In this document: in pieces, positions 1-9,288 of the stretch
Layout of the letters: every line of letters starts with the position of its first letter
Numbering within the stretch: the first letter of the stretch is position 1
From: Eubacteriales bacterium
Lineage (GTDB): Bacteria > Bacillota > Clostridia > Oscillospirales > CAG-272
Direction: 5' to 3'
DNA length: 64,000 nt
NCBI GenBank assembly: GCA_045632065.1
Contig: JAZQWA010000045.1
Span: forward strand, 794 to 64,793
Program-made: the position numbers and the translations under genes
The notes under the pieces: generated by a model
What the model saw: only the letters and a program-made list of their open reading frames with translations
Database searches by the model: none
What the model was told of the DNA's origin: nothing

Positions 1-470
1 CGGGTAAAATTACGGTTGACGAGCTTGCCTGTGTTGCGTCTGTTACAGTTGCAAACGCGGTAACGGAGAATTTGAAAATCGGAGAAATTGCTATCTCTCC
101 CGGAATGAAATACCGTCACTATGCTCCAAAATCACCGCTTATTCTTCTTAACGGTGATAATTCAGATATTTTGAAATATATTTTGAGCGATAAGCATGAA
201 GGCAAGGCTGTTCTTTGCTATGATGAGGACATTTCTCTTTATGAAAAAACGCTCGAAAAGACAGAGTTATATTCCTTCGGCGCTCGAGAGAATATTTCCG
301 AGCAGGCAAAGCATTTGTTTGCTATTTTACGTGAAGTCGATAAAAAGGACTTTGACGTAATTTACGCGCCTGTTCCTTCGAAAGACGGAATTGGTCTTGC
401 ATTATATAATAGAATGATACGTGCTGCGGCGCATACAATAATTAACTTAAAGGAGGGAAGAAATGGCTAA
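1..470 (+). CDS. L-threonylcarbamoyladenylate synthase (Sua5/YwlC/TsaC family), C-terminal part; 5' end lies outside the window
   Basis: The frame is open from base 3 with no stop. It contains SPGMKYRHYAPKSPL and a Sua5-type C-terminal domain. The stop overlaps the next gene start. Confidence 0.65.
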   Translation, partial: GKITVDELACVASVTVANAVTENLKIGEIAISPGMKYRHYAPKSPLILLNGDNSDILKYILSDKHEGKAVLCYDEDISLYEKTLEKTELYSFGARENISEQAKHLFAILREVDKKDFDVIYAPVPSKDGIGLALYNRMIRAAAHTIINLKEGRNG

Positions 471-2685
471 AAAGAAAAAGGTTTTGGAAAACCCAATGGA
501 AAATGAAGCGGTTGCTACAATACAACCGATTACAGAAACCCTTGAAAAGAACTATATGCCATACGCGATGAGCGTAATTGTTTCTCGTGCGCTTCCCGAA
601 ATTGACGGCTTTAAGCCTGCGCATAGAAAGCTTCTTTACACAATGTATGAAATGGGGCTTTTGACAAAGCAAAAGACCAAGAGCGCTAATATTGTTGGAC
701 AAACTATGCGTCTTAACCCTCACGGTGACGCTTCTATTTATGAGACAATGGTACGTCTCACAAGAGGTCACGAGGCGTTGCTTCACCCATTTATTGACTC
801 CAAGGGCTCATTCGGTAAGCATTATTCAAGGGATATGGCTTATGCAGCTTCTCGTTACACAGAGGCTAAGCTTGATGAATTCTGCCATGAATTATTCAGC
901 GGAATTGACAAAGATGCGGTGGATTTTGTTCCTAACTATGACAACACCATGCAAGAGCCTGCGTTGCTTCCTACTACTTTCCCTAATATTCTTGTTTCAC
1001 CTAACCTGGGTATTGCGGTTGGTATGGCTTGTTCGATTTGTTCATTTAATTTGGCTGAAATCTGCGACGGTACAATTGCGCTTTTGAAAAATCCCAAAAC
1101 CACAGTTGACCGAATGCTTGATATTGTAAAAGCACCCGATTTTCCCGGTGGAGCGCAAATTATTTACAATAGAGAGCAGATGCGCAAAATTTATGAGACT
1201 GGAAGCGGTAGCATAAAGATGCGCGCTAAATATGAGTACGTCAAAAAGGATAACTGCATTGACGTGCTTGAAATTCCTTATTCTTCATCTATTGAAGCGA
1301 TAATGAAGAAAGCAACTGATATGATTAAAAGCGGCAAGCTTCGAGAGGTTACAGACGTAAGAGACGCTATCGACCTTAATGGCTTTAAGCTTACCTTTGA
1401 CTTAAAGAAGGATGCTAACCCCGAGCTTGTTATGAAGAAGCTGTTCTCGGTTACCGAGCTTGAAAACAACTTTGATTGCAACTTCAACATACTTGTTGAC
1501 GGAACACCTATGCAGCTTGGCATCAGGGAAATACTTAACGAGTGGATTAAGTTCAGAGTTAAGTGTGTAACACGCGAGCTTACCTTTGAGCTTGGTAAGA
1601 AGGAACATAAGCTTGAGCTGCTACGCGGTCTTGCAAAAATTCTTCTTGATATTGACAAGGCTATTCGCATTATCAGAAACACCGAGCGTGAGGAAGACGT
1701 TGTACCTAACCTCGCGCAGGGCTTTAACCTGACAAAAATTCAGGCAGAATACATAGCGGATATAAAGCTTCGTAACCTTAACAGACAGTATATCATTAAT
1801 AGAGTTGATGAAATTGCTGCTCTCGAAAAGGATATTGCAGACATTAAGGAAACACTTCGTGACGAGGTTAAGCTTAAGGCTCGCATTATTGCGACTCTTC
1901 AGGAGGTTAAGAAAAAATACGGCAAGCCAAGAAGAACCGAAATAATCGAAGCGGTTGATGAGCAGCCTGTTCCGAAGGAAGATTTGTTCTTTGAAAACTA
2001 TAATTGCCGAATTATCCTCACCAAAGGCGGTTACTTTAAGAAGCTTTCCGTTCAGGCAGCACGTTCTGCGGAAGAACAGAAGCTTAAGGAGGGCGACTTC
2101 GTCATATATCAGGAGGATACTGATAACCGCGGCGATATTCTGTTCTTTACAGATTTAGGACAGATTTACCGAGCCAGAGTTGCTGATTTCGAGCTTGGTA
2201 AGGCGAGTCAGATGGGTGATTACGTGCCTACAAAGCTTTCTATGGATGATAATGAGCACGTTGTGTACTGTAAGATGATTTATGAGCTTAATCCCGAGCA
2301 TCATATCGTATACATATTTGAAAACGGCAAGGGACTCAGGGTTTCTATGGGAGCTTATGAGGCGAAGTCAAGACGCCGTAAGATTTCGGGCGCTTATTCG
2401 ACTGCATCACCGCTCGCAGGAGCTGTTTACGAGGGCGACAAGCCTGTAAATATGTTTATCAGAAGCGATGCGGGCAGGGGAATGCTCATTAAGAGTAGTC
2501 TTATGCCTGAAAAGAACACAAGAACGGCTGCCGGCGTTCAGATAATGAAGCTTCCGAAGAAGGGAGCAAAGGTTGATCTTGTTACAGACAGAATCGATGA
2601 TATCGGTCAGGATGCCCTAAAGTGCAAAAAGCTTGCATTACCTTCAACAGGCTCTCCTCTTGAGCAATTAACCTTTAATTTCTAA
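463..2685 (+). CDS. Type IIA topoisomerase subunit A (ParC/GyrA family, 740 aa)
   Basis: N-terminal DGFKPAHRKLLY, the catalytic-Tyr motif AASRYTEAKL, and beta-pinwheel-like C-terminal repeats. AGGAGG-like RBS before the ATG at 463. Confidence 0.85.
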   Translation: MAKKKKVLENPMENEAVATIQPITETLEKNYMPYAMSVIVSRALPEIDGFKPAHRKLLYTMYEMGLLTKQKTKSANIVGQTMRLNPHGDASIYETMVRLTRGHEALLHPFIDSKGSFGKHYSRDMAYAASRYTEAKLDEFCHELFSGIDKDAVDFVPNYDNTMQEPALLPTTFPNILVSPNLGIAVGMACSICSFNLAEICDGTIALLKNPKTTVDRMLDIVKAPDFPGGAQIIYNREQMRKIYETGSGSIKMRAKYEYVKKDNCIDVLEIPYSSSIEAIMKKATDMIKSGKLREVTDVRDAIDLNGFKLTFDLKKDANPELVMKKLFSVTELENNFDCNFNILVDGTPMQLGIREILNEWIKFRVKCVTRELTFELGKKEHKLELLRGLAKILLDIDKAIRIIRNTEREEDVVPNLAQGFNLTKIQAEYIADIKLRNLNRQYIINRVDEIAALEKDIADIKETLRDEVKLKARIIATLQEVKKKYGKPRRTEIIEAVDEQPVPKEDLFFENYNCRIILTKGGYFKKLSVQAARSAEEQKLKEGDFVIYQEDTDNRGDILFFTDLGQIYRARVADFELGKASQMGDYVPTKLSMDDNEHVVYCKMIYELNPEHHIVYIFENGKGLRVSMGAYEAKSRRRKISGAYSTASPLAGAVYEGDKPVNMFIRSDAGRGMLIKSSLMPEKNTRTAAGVQIMKLPKKGAKVDLVTDRIDDIGQDALKCKKLALPSTGSPLEQLTFNF

Positions 2686-2717
2686 AAAAATAAGGGGTTT
2701 TGCCATGGCAAAACCCC
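2684..2717 (-). terminator. Intrinsic terminator of the response-regulator gene
   Basis: Perfect 24-nt palindrome GGGGTTTTGCCATGGCAAAACCCC (2694-2717). A T-run follows on the minus strand (A-run 2684-2690 on plus). Confidence 0.7.
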
Positions 2718-2731
2718 AAAAAGATGAATAT

Positions 2732-3427
2732 TTAAATAAGTGATTCGAATTTGTATCCAACACCCCAAACGGTTTTGAGTATCCATTTATCAGATACACC
2801 CTCAAGCTTCTCGCGAAGTCTTTTTACGTGAACATCAACCGTTCTGGAGTCACCGAGGTAATCAAATCCCCATACCTTGTCAAGCAACTGGTCTCTTGTG
2901 AATACACGGTTGTAATTTGAAGCAAGGAAGTAGAGAAGCTCTAGCTCCTTCGGGGGAATATCAATCGCCTTTCCGTTAAGCTTAAGCTCGTATTTCTGGA
3001 GGCTGATCTCCATATTTTCGAACTTAACAACCTCATCATCACTGTTGCTTGAATGAGAATTATAACGGCGAAGTACAGCCTTGATTCTTGCAGAAAGCTC
3101 CTTCATGTCAAAGGGCTTTACGATGAAATCATCCGCGCCAAGCTCAAGACCGAGGACCTTATCAAAAACCTCACCCTTGGCGGTAATCATAATAACAGGC
3201 TTTCCTGAGATTTCTCTGATTTCGCGGCAAACCTGCCAGCCATCCTTTTTCGGCATCATTATGTCCAGAAGAACAAGATCGGGCTCATATGCCTTGAAAT
3301 AGCTTATTCCTTCTATTCCGTCGCTTGCGGTTTTTACGTTATAGCCTTCATTTTCAAAATAAAGCTTTAACATGTCGCAGATGTTTGCATCGTCGTCAAT
3401 TACAAGAAGCTTAGTGTCCATTTTCAA
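2732..3427 (-). CDS. OmpR/PhoB-family response regulator (receiver plus winged-helix domains)
   Basis: Receiver motifs DDD..., LDIMMPKKDG and KP. C-terminal trans_reg_C motifs LTRDQLL... and VDVHVKRLREKL. Confidence 0.9.
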   Translation of the reverse strand: MKMDTKLLVIDDDANICDMLKLYFENEGYNVKTASDGIEGISYFKAYEPDLVLLDIMMPKKDGWQVCREIREISGKPVIMITAKGEVFDKVLGLELGADDFIVKPFDMKELSARIKAVLRRYNSHSSNSDDEVVKFENMEISLQKYELKLNGKAIDIPPKELELLYFLASNYNRVFTRDQLLDKVWGFDYLGDSRTVDVHVKRLREKLEGVSDKWILKTVWGVGYKFESLI

Positions 3428-3591
3428 ATTCCTTTCATTTATTAAACGTAATAATTGTTAACTTTGTTAAAAACATTAAAATCTTAACAATTACATTATA
3501 CAGTAAAAGTTTGCCATAATCAAGAACTTTTTATTAATTTTTTTAAATAAACTTAAAAACAAATTATGTCCAAAGATTGGAGAGAACATTT

Positions 3592-4686
3592 ATGAAATTA
3601 GGTATCGTGGGTCTTCCTAACGTTGGTAAGAGCACTTTGTTTAATGCTTTGACAAATGCGGGAGCAGAATCTGCAAACTATCCCTTCTGTACAATTGACC
3701 CTAACGTCGGCATTGTATCCGTTCCGGACAAGCGTCTTGACAGACTTGCTGAAATCTATAATCCGGATAAATATACTCCTGCTATTATCGAGTTCGTTGA
3801 CATTGCAGGACTTGTTAAGGGCGCATCTCAGGGTGAAGGACTTGGTAATAAGTTCCTCGGTAACATCAGAGAGGTTGATGCAGTAGTTCACGTTGTACGT
3901 TGCTTCGAGAACAATGACATTGTTCACGTTGATGGCTCTGTTGATCCCCTTAGAGACGTTGAAACCATAAATCTTGAGCTGATTTTATCCGACCTTGAAA
4001 TCGTTGAGAGAGCTATTGACCGTACTGTTAAGGCTGCAAGGGCAGACAAGAAGCTTCTCGAAAAGCTCGCGGTGCTTGAAAAGGTGAAGGTCGCTCTCGA
4101 AGCAGGAAAATGCGCTCGCACTGTTGAGCTTGATTCTGATGAGCTTGCTTGGATTGAGGAATCAAGACTTCTTACCTTGAAGCCTACCATTTATGCTGCA
4201 AATATTTCCGAGGATGAGGTTGGCGGAGATTATGTGAATAACGCAGGTTACATCAAGCTTAAGGCTCATGCTGACAGCGAGGGAAGCGAGATTATCGCTG
4301 TAAGCGCGCAGATAGAAGCAGAGCTTGCCGAGCTTGACGGTGATGAGAAGATGTCCTTCCTTGCTGATCTCGGCATTGAAGAAAGCGGTCTTGATAAGCT
4401 TATCAAGTCGAGCTATTCGTTGCTTGGACTTATCAGCTTCCTCACCGCAGGGCCCAAGGAAGTACGTGCATGGACTATCAAAAAGGGAACTAAGGCTCCC
4501 GGCGCTGCAGGAAAGATTCATACAGACTTTGAACGAGGCTTTATTCGCGCAGAAGTAGTTGCTTTTGATGATCTTGATCGCGAGGGTGATAGAAACAAGG
4601 TCAAGGAAAAGGGACTTCTTCGCAGCGAGGGCAAAGAGTATGTCATGAAGGATGGAGACGTTGTAGAGTTTCTCTTCAATGTTTAA
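3592..4686 (+). CDS. ychF: Ribosome-binding ATPase YchF
   Basis: MKLGIVGLPNVGKSTLFNALT P-loop, TGS-like C-terminus ending ...DGDVVEFLFNV. The ATG at 3592 is preceded by GGAGAG; the listed TTG at 3577 is probably an over-extension. Confidence 0.93.
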   Translation: MKLGIVGLPNVGKSTLFNALTNAGAESANYPFCTIDPNVGIVSVPDKRLDRLAEIYNPDKYTPAIIEFVDIAGLVKGASQGEGLGNKFLGNIREVDAVVHVVRCFENNDIVHVDGSVDPLRDVETINLELILSDLEIVERAIDRTVKAARADKKLLEKLAVLEKVKVALEAGKCARTVELDSDELAWIEESRLLTLKPTIYAANISEDEVGGDYVNNAGYIKLKAHADSEGSEIIAVSAQIEAELAELDGDEKMSFLADLGIEESGLDKLIKSSYSLLGLISFLTAGPKEVRAWTIKKGTKAPGAAGKIHTDFERGFIRAEVVAFDDLDREGDRNKVKEKGLLRSEGKEYVMKDGDVVEFLFNV

Positions 4687-4688
4687 TA

Positions 4689-4728
4689 TAAAAAAACGTC
4701 TGTTTCGTTATGAAACAGACGTTTTTTT
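4689..4728. terminator. Bidirectional intrinsic terminator between ychF and comEC
   Basis: Stem ACGTCTGTTTC/GAAACAGACGT (4696-4722), flanked by an A-run and a T-run. Confidence 0.75.
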
Positions 4729-6961
4729 ATTTAAAGTACAATATGTCATAAGGATGAGAGGAGATTTTGCATCCATTTTCCTCATATAATCTCATATTTT
4801 CCTGCAATAAAAAGAGATTTTGACTGTGAAGAACCATGTAATCAATTGACTCGTAATATTCTTCGAGGTAAACAGCGGATTTGTACTTTTGTCCGTGGTC
4901 ACCAAAGACAACAACATCAGAGTCGGATATATGCTCCTTCATTCTCAATGCAGATTCTCCCGTCATAAGCCCTGAGGATATATACGTATATTTCGTTTTA
5001 CCGTTTGTAAAATAAAATGCGTTTGCGGACGTTATACCGTATGGCGCAGAATGAATCAGGTGAATAGAGTATTTGCCGATTGCTACCGCTTCGCCCTCAT
5101 CAAATAATGTAATTTTAGTACGATAACCCTCAATTGCCTTATATAAAACCTTTAAGATGGTAATTTCGTCGTCATTTTTAGGCTTTGGCATATAAATTTC
5201 ATCAACTAAAACGTTTGATAAAAGCACGTCAAAGTCATCATCAAGACTCCAAGAATAGTGGGTAAGATAATATTTGTCAAGGTGAGTGATTTTTGCGTCT
5301 TCAAGAAATTCAATAGAGTCATATGCTAATGATTTTGAATATTGGGCAGAATTTATAAGGCAGACCTCTCCGCGTGACCTTATAATGAACTCATCACTTT
5401 TTGACTTGGAGCTATAAGAAACGGTTTCGTTAAGGTCATTTGCAACGTTAAAGACTGCGGGAGTAGCCATAGTAATCACAAACATTACCATAACAATGTT
5501 TAACGCTGCTACCTTTCTCTTTATGCAAAGCACAATAAACAGATAGAAAACTACTGTATATATAATAATCATTGCCTTGGATAAAAGAAAGTTTGTGGAA
5601 ATGTAAGAATATTCGATGGATGAAAACAGGCCCGCCAAAAGCGAAAGAAGCTTGCATAATGGCGCAACAATGAATCCTAATGGAATCAGCCAACCTATAA
5701 GCATCATAACGCAACCGAGATACATAATAATCTCTACTAAAATAGAGAACAAGAGTGTTGTAAAAGGCGCTAAAATTGAAAATCCGCCAAACGCAGTTGT
5801 GGAAATTATAAGTGTAGCGCTGATTGCAAATATCGAAGTCATAAGCGACATTATTATATATCTGGTAATTTTATGCATTTTCTTGTTCTGCTTTGAAATA
5901 AGTGGCATAATTTCAACTAAAACAATTATACCAAGCGTTGCAAGAGCAGACAGCCACAGGGAAATGTCAAATATCGCATTTGGATTGAACAAGCATATCA
6001 GAAATACTGCTATACCGAGAGAGGTCATAGAATCTCGCTCATGCGATAGTAAAAACAATATTGACGAGATAATCAGCATTATTCCTGCTCGAACAACCGA
6101 AACCGAGAAGCCTGTTAATGCCATGTAAACAATGACAAAGCATATTGTAATAATTATGCGCTTCTTCTTTTTAACTGATAAAAGAGAAAGCAGTTTATCA
6201 ATGCCGAATGACAGGATTGCAAGATGCATTCCGCTTAAAGCCAGAATATGCGAAATACCGATTCTTTTAAAATCGAGTCGTAGCTGGTCGGGAAGATAGT
6301 CTCTTTCGCCAAGAAGCAGGGCGGAAAGAATTGCACCGGTGTCAGCGTCGGACATCATTATGGTATAACGTGTCAGATATTCTTTTGCGCGTAAAAGAAA
6401 TCCTTCGATGCCGCCTTTTGAATAGTCAAGAATTTTCAAGTCTTCGATGTCATTTGCGTATGCGTTTATACCTCGAGAAAAATTATATGACCTGCTATCA
6501 TCAGAAAATCCGCTAAGGGTTGCCTTGAAGCTGATTTTTGTGCCATAAACAATATTTGCGGCGTCTTGTTTGTTGATGTATGCGTAAAATTTATAATTTT
6601 TGTGCTTTCCGTTTATACTCTCGCATTTAACGAGCAATCTCGTTGTATACGAATTTGTTGCGCTTTTGTCCTTTACCGTGCCAACTATTTCCACCTCATC
6701 GTCATATATATCATATGCCTTAAACCAAAGGTCAAAATATATAAATGAAAGAAGCATAGATACAAGCAATGCTGCGGAAATTATCCCTGAAAATATCTTT
6801 TTCTTATTATCGAACCTTAAAATAAAGGATAAAATCAAGGGCAGAACACTGAGCAATACTAAAAGAGCCTTAACTATTAAATTTTCAATAGTGAATAAGA
6901 AAAAGCCGCCAAGTCCAATACAAAGTATTAAGAATAGCGGCCTCTTTTTAAATATGTTCAT
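4727..6961 (-). CDS. comEC: DNA internalization competence protein ComEC/Rec2 (polytopic membrane domain plus C-terminal metallo-beta-lactamase-like domain)
   Basis: 744 aa with many TM segments, the ISHILALSGMHLAIL competence-domain motif and a C-terminal beta-lactamase-fold region. Confidence 0.85.
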   Translation of the reverse strand: MNIFKKRPLFLILCIGLGGFFLFTIENLIVKALLVLLSVLPLILSFILRFDNKKKIFSGIISAALLVSMLLSFIYFDLWFKAYDIYDDEVEIVGTVKDKSATNSYTTRLLVKCESINGKHKNYKFYAYINKQDAANIVYGTKISFKATLSGFSDDSRSYNFSRGINAYANDIEDLKILDYSKGGIEGFLLRAKEYLTRYTIMMSDADTGAILSALLLGERDYLPDQLRLDFKRIGISHILALSGMHLAILSFGIDKLLSLLSVKKKKRIIITICFVIVYMALTGFSVSVVRAGIMLIISSILFLLSHERDSMTSLGIAVFLICLFNPNAIFDISLWLSALATLGIIVLVEIMPLISKQNKKMHKITRYIIMSLMTSIFAISATLIISTTAFGGFSILAPFTTLLFSILVEIIMYLGCVMMLIGWLIPLGFIVAPLCKLLSLLAGLFSSIEYSYISTNFLLSKAMIIIYTVVFYLFIVLCIKRKVAALNIVMVMFVITMATPAVFNVANDLNETVSYSSKSKSDEFIIRSRGEVCLINSAQYSKSLAYDSIEFLEDAKITHLDKYYLTHYSWSLDDDFDVLLSNVLVDEIYMPKPKNDDEITILKVLYKAIEGYRTKITLFDEGEAVAIGKYSIHLIHSAPYGITSANAFYFTNGKTKYTYISSGLMTGESALRMKEHISDSDVVVFGDHGQKYKSAVYLEEYYESIDYMVLHSQNLFLLQENMRLYEENGCKISSHPYDILYFK

Positions 6962-6978
6962 TTATAAAACCTGTTATT

Positions 6979-7917
6979 TTATTCTTTGTCGAAGCTACGA
7001 AGTCCGCTTCCTTTGGGAATAACAAAATTGAATGCAGCGGGAGCTATACTGAAGTCCATGGTCTTTGCGCCGAAGATTTCACCGTCTATACAAATAGGCT
7101 GTGGCTCATCAAATTCCATCTTGAAATGAGGGGCTTGAGTATAATTGATAACCTTCTTCGCTTTTTCGTTATCGATATAAGTACCGCTTTTATATGATCC
7201 AACGAGTGTAATAAACTGCAATCTGGAAACCTTATCAATAGCGCATATATCAAACAGGCCGTCATTAAGCTGTGCCAGCGGTGCAGATTTGAATCCACCG
7301 CCACAGAATTTGCCGTTACCGATAGCGGTGAGTGTAAGAGTGCTTTCAACAACTCTGCCGTCATCATAAATAAGCTTCATTTTGGTACCAAAATGCTTGA
7401 AGAAGCCAACAAAAACTCCGAGTATGTATGAAATGCCGGGCGAGATAAATTTAAATTTCCTGAATTTATCCGCTTCCTTAACCACTCCGCAGTCAAATCC
7501 GATGTTTACCATGTTTACACAATACATATCGTTGCATTTTACAAGGTCAAACTTCGCAACCTCACCGTCGATTTGAGCATTTATGTCAGAAAACAGATGT
7601 AAATTGGAGAAGTTTCTTACAAAGTCATTGCCCGAGCCCTTGGGAATAACGCCGAATTCAACGTTGGGGTTATTGGGAGCGCTGTTTGCAATCTCATTAA
7701 CCGTTCCGTCTCCTCCAACACATATAAAGCGCTGACGTTCATCGGGATTTTCCTTTATCATACTCTTAACATATGTGGTCGCGTCCTTGGGGCAGGTAGT
7801 GTAATATATATGATAACTTAGCTGCCTTGTGGCGCAAGCATCCTTGATTTCCTTTTCCATCTTTTGCTGAACGTGACTTCGGCCGGATTTAGGATTTAAA
7901 ATAAAATGATATATCAT
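6979..7917 (-). CDS. Diacylglycerol/lipid kinase family protein (YegS/DagK-like)
   Basis: Contains IYHFILNPKSGR and GGDGTVNE motifs. The start was moved to the ATG at 7917, downstream of a GGAGGA RBS. Confidence 0.8.
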   Translation of the reverse strand: MIYHFILNPKSGRSHVQQKMEKEIKDACATRQLSYHIYYTTCPKDATTYVKSMIKENPDERQRFICVGGDGTVNEIANSAPNNPNVEFGVIPKGSGNDFVRNFSNLHLFSDINAQIDGEVAKFDLVKCNDMYCVNMVNIGFDCGVVKEADKFRKFKFISPGISYILGVFVGFFKHFGTKMKLIYDDGRVVESTLTLTAIGNGKFCGGGFKSAPLAQLNDGLFDICAIDKVSRLQFITLVGSYKSGTYIDNEKAKKVINYTQAPHFKMEFDEPQPICIDGEIFGAKTMDFSIAPAAFNFVIPKGSGLRSFDKE

Positions 7918-8022
7918 CAGAAATGGAATCCTCCAAAAATATCCTTTATAACTCAACCATTATAACAAATATTTTATATTTTGTCAAGTTTTAGAATATT
8001 TACTCTAATAAAAGTGTCAGAA

Positions 8023-9270
8023 TTAAGTATTTTTACGTTTGGAAATGGATGAAGTAATAAAATCATGATAAGCTTTTGCGGCTTGTTCTGTTTTATTTGT
8101 TCCAAATTGGTAATAATGCTTGCCAACGAGGTCTTTTGGAAGATAGTCCTGCTTTACGTAGTCATTTTCAAAGTCGTGCGGGTATACGTATCCCTCAAAA
8201 TTGGGGCTTTGAAGATGCTTGGGAACTTCAATTCCTTTACCACTCGCAATATCTTCACAAGCCATATGATAAGCCAGATAGGATGTGTTGGATTTTGGTG
8301 CGGTGGCAAGAATGACTACAATGTTTGCAAGCGGAATAGCGGCTTCCGGTAGTCCGAGGGCCCTTGCGCTTTCGGTACAAGCGTATGCAAGAGATGCAGC
8401 CTGCGGATATGCGCATCCAATATCCTCGTTTGCTATAACGAGAAGGCGTCTGCATGCAGATAAAAGATCTCCCGAGGCAAGAATTTTTGCAAGATAGAAG
8501 ATCGCCGCATCAGGATCAGAGCCTCTGATGGATTTCTGCAAGCAGGAAAGAAGGTCGTAGTGTACGTCTCCGTTTCTGTCGTAGTGTCCGACAATGGAGG
8601 GCAGAAGCGCGCTCACTGTTTCGTGAGTAATTTCCTCATCTGAAATGTAGAAGGCATTCTCGAGCACTCCGATACTCATTCTGACGTCGCCTGCGCATGC
8701 CTTTGCAATAGTTCTCAATACAGATTCATCGGCTTTTTTTGACGTAGAGAAATCGGTATTAAGTATATTGAGCGCTCTTTTTAACGAGGGAATACAGTCC
8801 TCCGCTGTTACAGATTTGAACTCAAAAACAGAGGAACGCGAGAGCAGAGCGTTATATACGTAATAGTATGGATTTTCAGTTGTCGAAGCAATCAGCGTAA
8901 TCTTGCCGTTTTCCATAAATTCAAGCAAGGATTGCTGCTGCTTCTTGTTGAAATACTGAATTTCGTCAAGATATAAGAGCGTTCCTGCGTCGCTGAACAT
9001 ATTATCTGTTGAAGATATTACGTCCTTTACATCGGAAAGAGATGCGGTTGTGGCATTAAGCTTGTATAGCTGCATGCCAGAGGTTGAAGCAATTATGTTG
9101 GCAACCGTTGTTTTTCCTGTGCCGGGAGGGCCGTAAAAAATCATATTAGGTATTCTATTGTTTTTAACAAGACGGCGAAGTATGCCGCCCTCGCCAACTA
9201 AATGCTTCTGACCTGCAATTTCGTCAAAGCCTTGAGGACGCATTCTATCGGCTAATGGGGATTGTGCCAT
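8023..9270 (-). CDS. rarA: Replication-associated recombination protein A (AAA+ ATPase RarA/MgsA)
   Basis: LADRMRPQ..., GPPGTGKTT Walker A, LYLDEIQYFNK Walker B and the MgsA C-terminal domain. Confidence 0.92.
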   Translation of the reverse strand: MAQSPLADRMRPQGFDEIAGQKHLVGEGGILRRLVKNNRIPNMIFYGPPGTGKTTVANIIASTSGMQLYKLNATTASLSDVKDVISSTDNMFSDAGTLLYLDEIQYFNKKQQQSLLEFMENGKITLIASTTENPYYYVYNALLSRSSVFEFKSVTAEDCIPSLKRALNILNTDFSTSKKADESVLRTIAKACAGDVRMSIGVLENAFYISDEEITHETVSALLPSIVGHYDRNGDVHYDLLSCLQKSIRGSDPDAAIFYLAKILASGDLLSACRRLLVIANEDIGCAYPQAASLAYACTESARALGLPEAAIPLANIVVILATAPKSNTSYLAYHMACEDIASGKGIEVPKHLQSPNFEGYVYPHDFENDYVKQDYLPKDLVGKHYYQFGTNKTEQAAKAYHDFITSSISKRKNT

Positions 9271-9288
9271 ATAAGCAACCTTCCTTTG

